From assembly GCA_030596145.1 (NCBI GenBank), contig JAUVKS010000001.1, positions 1 through 36,275 on the forward strand: DNA of 36,275 bases, given 5' to 3'. This stretch comes from Pseudomonadota bacterium. GTDB taxonomy: Bacteria; Desulfobacterota; Syntrophia; Syntrophales; JADFWA01. Made by a program: the position numbers and the translations under genes. The notes under the pieces were generated by a model. It saw only the letters and a list, made by a program, of their open reading frames with translations. It was not told the origin of the DNA and did not search any database. Position 1 is the first letter of the stretch; each line of letters opens with the position of its first letter. Of this stretch, positions 31,322 to 36,275 are shown one piece after another.

Positions 31322-32899
31322 TTACCTGAGCCAGTTCCTCAATAACTCCGCAAATTTCCGGGCATCCCGACCAGCCAGCTTCTTTACGGCATCTAAGTCT
31401 TTAAGACCTTCATCCTCCAGTTCTTCCAGGTCCAGCGAAATGCCTGCGGCCTCCAGTCTGGCTGGAGCAGCAGCGGCCGGCAATTTTCTTTCGCCAACAT
31501 CCTCGATCCTGTCCTTTGACATAATGAATTTGGTTAAAGGACGCAGAATAAAAAGGAAAACAAATATCAAGACAATTAATGAAGCAAAGTATTTTATGAA
31601 CGGAACAATTAGATGTGATTTAGTCTTCCAGAAACCTTCCTCAACAGGCCCGGTTTCTAATTCAAGTTTTCTGAAAGGGATGCTGGTTACCACTATCCGA
31701 TCGCCCCTTTTGGCATCAAAACCAACCGACCTTTTAACAAGGCCATCCAGGGTTTCCATCTCTTTTTTTGATCTTGCCTGAAACTCCTCAATACCTTTAT
31801 CATTTTTGCTGTAAACACCATCCACCAGCACAGCTATTGACAATTTTTCCACTTCCCCAACAGGCATTACAGTCTTACTGACAACCCTGTTTATTTCATA
31901 GTTGACTAATTCATCCGTTTTTTCATGATCTGTGCCATAGGGTTTTGCGCTCTGTCCGCTGGTGGAGCTGACTGTGCTTTCTCCTCCTCTGACCGGCGTA
32001 CTCGCCTTTTCGGTCCTGCGGTGCAGGCTCCTCACAACAGGTTCTTCAGGATCGTAGGATTCCTCCGTTTTTTCCATAACTCTAAAATCAAGAACAGCGG
32101 AAACCCTTGCCACAACCTTTCCTTCTCCCACCACCTTTTCCAGCATGGTTTGAATCCTGTTCGCCAGGCCCTTTTCTACATTTCTCTGAAACTCTATTTG
32201 TGAATCTGTCCGCTTCGACAATTGAGACCCGCTTCTGGCCGCTGACAGGATATTCCCTCCACTGTCAACTATCATTACCTCTTCCGGACTAAGCCCTTCC
32301 ACACTGCCGGCCACCAAGGAGGCTATCCCTTCTACTTGAGATGCCCGTAGCCTCCTGCCTGTTTTTAGTTTTATAATAACCGAAGCAGTCGGTTTTGCCT
32401 GTTTTTCAACAAAAAGTGATTTCTTAGGTATTACGATATGAACCCTGCTATGTTGAATCTCATCCAGGCCGTTGATTGTGCGTGATAATTCTCCCTGGAG
32501 AGCCCTTTGATAATTCAACTGTTGCACAAAATCGGTAACGCCGAAATTCTTGTTGTCAAATATTTCAAAACCCACGCCCCCGCCTTTAGGCAGCCCCGAA
32601 GCAGCCAGGTCGAGCCTTAATTCAGAAACATCTTCGGCAGGGATTAATATGGAATCGCCGGCAGAAGATACCTTATAGGGAATCTTTTTTTCCTGCAATA
32701 CAGCAACAATCTCACCTGCATCCTCAGCAGAAAGATTGGAAAAAAGCGTCCTGTATTCTTTCTGATTTACAAAAAGGATAAATGCCACTATACTAATTGT
32801 CGTAACAACGGCAACAAGAAGAATAGATAGCCTTTTCGATAGGGTTAACGATTTAAAGGTTTCCGCTAACTGAGAAAAAAAATGAAGTACAGAATCCAT
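31322..32899 (-). CDS. fliF: MS-ring protein FliF
   Basis: 525 aa. N-terminal TM segment, YRTLFSNLSAEDAGEIVAVLQEKKIPYKV...GLPKGGGVGFEIFD, second TM segment near the C-terminus. Confidence 0.95.
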   Translation of the reverse strand: MDSVLHFFSQLAETFKSLTLSKRLSILLVAVVTTISIVAFILFVNQKEYRTLFSNLSAEDAGEIVAVLQEKKIPYKVSSAGDSILIPAEDVSELRLDLAASGLPKGGGVGFEIFDNKNFGVTDFVQQLNYQRALQGELSRTINGLDEIQHSRVHIVIPKKSLFVEKQAKPTASVIIKLKTGRRLRASQVEGIASLVAGSVEGLSPEEVMIVDSGGNILSAARSGSQLSKRTDSQIEFQRNVEKGLANRIQTMLEKVVGEGKVVARVSAVLDFRVMEKTEESYDPEEPVVRSLHRRTEKASTPVRGGESTVSSTSGQSAKPYGTDHEKTDELVNYEINRVVSKTVMPVGEVEKLSIAVLVDGVYSKNDKGIEEFQARSKKEMETLDGLVKRSVGFDAKRGDRIVVTSIPFRKLELETGPVEEGFWKTKSHLIVPFIKYFASLIVLIFVFLFILRPLTKFIMSKDRIEDVGERKLPAAAAPARLEAAGISLDLEELEDEGLKDLDAVKKLAGRDARKFAELLRNWLR

Positions 32900-32909
32900 A
32901 TCTTCCTTT

Positions 32910-33119
32910 CAAGAGGTTCAAGGTTCAAGATTCAAGATTCACAGTTCAAGATTCACGGTTCATGGTTCAAGGTTGCTCGTTGCTCGTTACTGGTTGCTGT
33001 CTAATCTTCTAATCCTCTAATCTTCTGACCTTCTGCTGGTTGCTCGTTACTGGTTGGTGTCTAATCTTCCGACCTTCTGACCTTCTAATCTTCTAATCTT
33101 CCGACCTCTGACCTCTGTT
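32910..33119. repeat. Composite spacer B, D, C, D, C (fliE-fliF), with an internal ~33-nt D-C module duplicated
   Basis: ggttcaaggttcaagattcaagattcacagttcaagattcacggttcatggttcaagg. ttgctcgttactggttgctgtctaatcttct recurs at ~32971, ~33031 and 16510. Confidence 0.9.
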
Positions 33120-33121
33120 CC

Positions 33122-33439
33122 CTACACCTGCATCCGCATGACTTCCTGATAGGCCTCTAATATCTTGTTCCTTACCTGCATCATTGTTTTGAAGGAAATA
33201 CTTGCCTTTTCCATGGCAATTATTGTCTCATGAATGCTCCCCGAATCACTGAGCGCCACCTTTGCGATAGCGCTGTCGGCATCTAATTGAAGTTTGTTGA
33301 TTTCCCCGATCTTGTCCTTTAAAACTTTGCTAAAAGAACCCTCTTTTCCCCCAATCTTACCGCTTTTTCCCGGAGTATCTGAAACCGGAGTATCTGAAAT
33401 TGGGGGCATCAGATCGCCCCGAATCAGCATATCGTTCAT
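33122..33439 (-). CDS. fliE: Basal body protein FliE
   Basis: 105 aa. C-terminal IHETIIAMEKASISFKTMMQVRNKILEAYQEVMRMQV is FliE-typical. GGAGG SD. Confidence 0.9.
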   Translation of the reverse strand: MNDMLIRGDLMPPISDTPVSDTPGKSGKIGGKEGSFSKVLKDKIGEINKLQLDADSAIAKVALSDSGSIHETIIAMEKASISFKTMMQVRNKILEAYQEVMRMQV

Positions 33440-33460
33440 CTTTAAACGCCTCCATACATT

Positions 33461-33572
33461 TAGTCAAGTGGTCGAGTAGTTGAGTGGTCGAGTGGTTAAC
33501 TACTCGACTACTCGACCATTTCCCTACTCGACCATTTCCCTACTCGACTATTTCCCTACTCGACTATTTCCC
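33461..33572. repeat. Family A hairpin (flgC-fliE spacer); contains the flgC stop
   Basis: tagtcaagtggtcgagtagttgagtggtcgagtggttaac tactcgactactcgaccatttccctactcgaccatttccctactcgactatttccctactcgac. Confidence 0.95.
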
Positions 33573-33977
33573 AAGTTCCAGCGCCTTGAGCGCCATACTT
33601 TTTGTTGCATCGAATGCGGTGATGCAAGCCTCATACGCCCTGTTCGCAGTGATCATATCCGCCATTTCAACAACCGTATTGATGTCAGGCATGGCCACAA
33701 TGCCCTTTGAGTCTGCGTCGGGATGAGCAGGATCAAAGACCATCCTTATGCTGTCTCTCTCTTCCATAATACCTTCCACCTTTACCATTCGCAAAACATC
33801 ATTGAAACTCCCATTTACAGGCTCAGAAGAAAAAACAATGGTTTTTCTTCTGTACGCCCCCCCCTCCGGCGTGCGCGTTGTGTTGATGTTGGCAAGATTC
33901 GATACAATAACGTCCATCTTTGCTCTCTGAGCTGCAAGCCCCGAAGCGCAAACCCGAAAAGCCGACATGAATTCCAT
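33564..33977 (-). CDS. flgC: Proximal rod protein FlgC
   Basis: SGLAAQRAKMDVIVSNLANINTTRTPEGGAYRRK...VEMADMITANRAYEA. The stop codon lies in a family-A repeat. Confidence 0.93.
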   Translation of the reverse strand: MEFMSAFRVCASGLAAQRAKMDVIVSNLANINTTRTPEGGAYRRKTIVFSSEPVNGSFNDVLRMVKVEGIMEERDSIRMVFDPAHPDADSKGIVAMPDINTVVEMADMITANRAYEACITAFDATKSMALKALELGK

Positions 33978-33978
33978 A

Positions 33979-34365
33979 TTATTTTGCCTCCCTCAAAACC
34001 GTATTCAAGCCCCTGAACTTTCTTGCCAGCAGCTCTATGGTAAGATTATGCATAAGATGGTTTTCCGCCAGTTTTGCCATTTCACTGTCAAGGTTGACCC
34101 TTTCCCCGGAATCGATTACCTCGAAATCGGCTTTATCACCTGAAATTGACCGTTCGGACAGGTGTTTTTCTCTGCTTTTTGCCATCGTTATCCCCGTTCC
34201 ATTACCGATAAGGGCTTTCAGCTCTTCTTTGAAAACAATATCCTTTGGTCTGTAGTTCGGAGTATCTATATTTGCGATGTTTGAGCTTATCACCTTATGC
34301 CTTTCCGATCGAAAATCCAAAATAGTAGACAACATTTCTATGGTTTTACCAAATAACGCATCCAT
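33979..34365 (-). CDS. flgB: Proximal rod protein FlgB
   Basis: LDFRSERHKVISSNIANIDTPNYRPKD; 128 aa. Stop is 1 nt before the flgC ATG. Confidence 0.92.
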   Translation of the reverse strand: MDALFGKTIEMLSTILDFRSERHKVISSNIANIDTPNYRPKDIVFKEELKALIGNGTGITMAKSREKHLSERSISGDKADFEVIDSGERVNLDSEMAKLAENHLMHNLTIELLARKFRGLNTVLREAK

Positions 34366-34380
34366 AATTATTCCTTTCAG

Positions 34381-34445
34381 AGTTCAGGGTTCAGAGGTTC
34401 AGGGTTCAAGGCTGCTCGTTGCTGTCTAACCTTCTCATCTTCTCA
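34381..34445. repeat. B, D, C module directly upstream of flgB
   Basis: agttcagggttcagaggttcagggttcaaggctgctcgttgctgtctaaccttctcatcttctcacc. Confidence 0.9.
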
Positions 34446-34465
34446 CCTTCTACCCGTCGTATTTA

Positions 34466-34481
34466 TGCAATACTTATACCA
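34466..34481 (-). promoter_or_regulatory. Sigma-54 (-24/-12) promoter candidate upstream of flgB
   Basis: Minus strand reads TGGTAT-AAGTA-TTGCA (consensus TGGCAC-N5-TTGCW, correct GG/GC spacing). About 100 nt upstream of the flgB ATG, next to a sigma-54 activator gene. Confidence 0.6.
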
Positions 34482-34500
34482 AAATACATGGCTCAAAAGC

Positions 34501-34606
34501 AGAAAGTTAGAAGATCAGAAGGTCGTTGTAATGCAAGAAAATCAGAAAAACAAAACTTCTCACCCTCTCACCCTCTCACCTTCTCACCTTCTAACCTTCT
34601 AACACT
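34501..34606. repeat. Family C hairpin containing the response-regulator stop codon
   Basis: agaaagttagaagatcagaaggtcg ... cttctcaccctctcaccctctcaccttctcaccttctaaccttctaac. Confidence 0.85.
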
Positions 34607-35937
34607 CTGCCCCCTGCCTCCTTCCTGTATCCATTGAGTTTATTACGGATTGTTCGCACACTTACACCTAAAATCTCTGATGCCCTGGTTCTGTTTCCTT
34701 CCGCCTTTTCCAGAGTTTTAAATATAAGTCTTTTTTCCATCTCTTTTAACGTGGCGCCTTCCGACCCGTCGTGCTCGCGCCCGTCGCGGCAGGGGTCAGT
34801 GACTATTACGTCTTTTTCCAGATAAAGATGTTCAGGCAGGATCGTCTCGCCCCCGGACAGCAGCACCGCCCTCTCGATCACATTTTCCAGCTCCCTTACA
34901 TTGCCCGGCCAGTTATAACTTTCAAGCATTTGCTCAACTTCCTTTGATAACGCGGGCTTGGCTGTCCCGCCGAGCTGGCTGTATTTTTCCAGAAAATGTC
35001 CGCAGAGTAACAGCGCGTCCCCCTTTCTTTCCCTCAAGGGAGGAATGCTCACAGGTATAACATTCAAACGGTAATAGAGATCTTTCCTAAACTTTTTGTT
35101 ATTAATATATTTTTTTAAATCTGCATTTGTTGTGGCAATTATTCTAACATCTACAGGAACAGATGCCTTGCCTCCAAGCCTATCGACCTCAGATTCCTGT
35201 ATAACCCGAAGGAGTTTCGCCTGAAGCTGAACATCCATTTCGCTGATTTCATCCAGCAGCAATGTCCCGCCACTGGCTAATTCGAATTTACCAAGCCTCA
35301 TTCTGGACGCGCCGGTAAATGCGCCCTTTTCATGTCCGAACATTTCGCTCTCAAGAAGATTGTGAGGAATAGCAGCACAATTCACCGCCACAAACGGCAT
35401 GTCCGCCCTGCTGCTGTGAAGGTGTATATACCGGGCAACCAGTTCCTTCCCAGTACCGCTTTTTCCTTGTATCAGAATGCTTGATTTGCTTCTGGACACA
35501 CCCTTCAGCAACTCCAGAAGGGCAAGCATTTTTTTGTCCTCTGTAATAATCGTTTTTCCCCGGAACAAGCATCCCTTTACGTCATGTTTTGAACCACATG
35601 CTTCCTTTCCTTCTTTTTCAGCCACCACTTTTTTAACAAGCGATTCCAGATGATCTATTGAGAACGGCTTCATAAGGAAATCTGCGGCCCCTTCTTTCAT
35701 AGCTTCGACTGCGGTATTGACCGTACCGTAAGCCGTTATGACGACAACGGGAGTTTTGGAAGAAACCTTTTTAATGCCTCGCAGGACATCCATGCCGCTC
35801 ATCCCGGGCATCCTCATGTCGGTTATAACCACTTCAAATTTATCCTCCTGAAATTTTTCAAGAGCATCAGCGCCACTCCCTGAGACTTCGACTTTATATC
35901 CGCAACTTTCCAGGGATTCGGAAAGAGCAATCCTCAT
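34591..35937 (-). CDS. Sigma-54-dependent response regulator (NtrC family; FlrC/FleR-like). True N-terminus lies upstream of the annotated Met
   Basis: Receiver domain ([13 protein letters not shown]), AAA+ Walker [15 protein letters not shown] motif, C-terminal HTH ([17 protein letters not shown]). In-frame ILVVDDEPS precedes the annotated Met. An ATG at 35989 is one frame off. Confidence 0.9.
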   Translation of the reverse strand: MRIALSESLESCGYKVEVSGSGADALEKFQEDKFEVVITDMRMPGMSGMDVLRGIKKVSSKTPVVVITAYGTVNTAVEAMKEGAADFLMKPFSIDHLESLVKKVVAEKEGKEACGSKHDVKGCLFRGKTIITEDKKMLALLELLKGVSRSKSSILIQGKSGTGKELVARYIHLHSSRADMPFVAVNCAAIPHNLLESEMFGHEKGAFTGASRMRLGKFELASGGTLLLDEISEMDVQLQAKLLRVIQESEVDRLGGKASVPVDVRIIATTNADLKKYINNKKFRKDLYYRLNVIPVSIPPLRERKGDALLLCGHFLEKYSQLGGTAKPALSKEVEQMLESYNWPGNVRELENVIERAVLLSGGETILPEHLYLEKDVIVTDPCRDGREHDGSEGATLKEMEKRLIFKTLEKAEGNRTRASEILGVSVRTIRNKLNGYRKEAGGRVLEG

Positions 35938-35993
35938 TGAGGGCTCATCGTCAACAACTAAAATCGTTTTTGTTTTCGTAGTTCTCCATGTCA

Positions 35994-36135
35994 GGGGGGT
36001 CAGGGATCGGGAGCTGTTAAGTCTTTTACCCTCAACCTGACCTCAAGGTTTACAATTTACACTATTTTCTTTGATCAACTGTTAATCCTGAACCTCGATC
36101 CCTGTTTACTGATCCCCGACCCCTGATCCCCTGTT
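35994..36135. repeat. GATCAGGG/GATCGGG-type inverted repeats between the kinase and response-regulator genes
   Basis: ggggtcagggatcggg ... cctgaacctcgatccctgtttactgatccccgacccctgatcccctg. Confidence 0.8.
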
Positions 36136-36275
36136 AATGGAAATGTAATATTAAAAGCAGCCCCGCCGCCTTTGTTTTTCTCTACATCTATCGAACCACC
36201 GTGAATATCAACGATATTGTGGGCAATAGCAAGACCAAGACCCGTACCCTTCTCTTTTGTGGTAAAAAAGGGATC
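36075..36275 (-). CDS. Sensor histidine kinase, C-terminal fragment (5' part beyond window end)
   Basis: Hand translation: [47 protein letters not shown]... shows the G2 box GTGLGL and the HATPase_c end. The tail ([19 protein letters not shown]) reads into a repeat. Confidence 0.85.
   Translation of the reverse strand, partial: DPFFTTKEKGTGLGLAIAHNIVDIHGGSIDVEKNKGGGAAFNITFPLTGDQGSGISKQGSRFRINS

Overview
The window is one long, co-directional (all minus-strand) flagellar gene cluster from a diderm bacterium. In transcription order it runs: partial sensor kinase, sigma-54 response regulator, flgB, flgC, fliE, fliF, fliG, fliH, fliI, fliJ, ylxF-like, fliK, flgD, flgE, motA, motB-like, motB, fliL, fliM, fliN, fliO, fliP, fliQ, fliR, flhB, flhA, flhF, flhG, fliA, then an accessory block (FliL-like, HK-like, two small proteins, FliK-C-like, stand-alone FlhB C-domain), then flgF, flgG, flgA, flgH and partial flgI. 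No plus-strand gene is credible, and there is no rRNA, tRNA, CRISPR array or transposase. Gene content is conventional. The unusual part is the non-coding DNA. Every junction longer than about 25 nt (28 of 39) is packed with 7-8 nt tandem repeats from a few families. These repeats are often arranged as forward/reverse arrays that form hairpins, and several junctions share the same module order. They also reach into coding sequence: signal peptides, stop codons, the FliK ruler region and a FliL paralogue. Longer dispersed elements are present too. One, found twice, carries a near-consensus sigma-54 promoter; another sits upstream of both flhA and fliI. Other notable points are two homopolymer frameshifts (flgF and the response regulator), a perfect 121-bp in-frame duplication in fliK, tandem MotB paralogues of which one lacks the channel Asp, and a second FliK-like/FlhB-C-like pair. 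All functional calls rest on motif recognition by eye; no searches were run.
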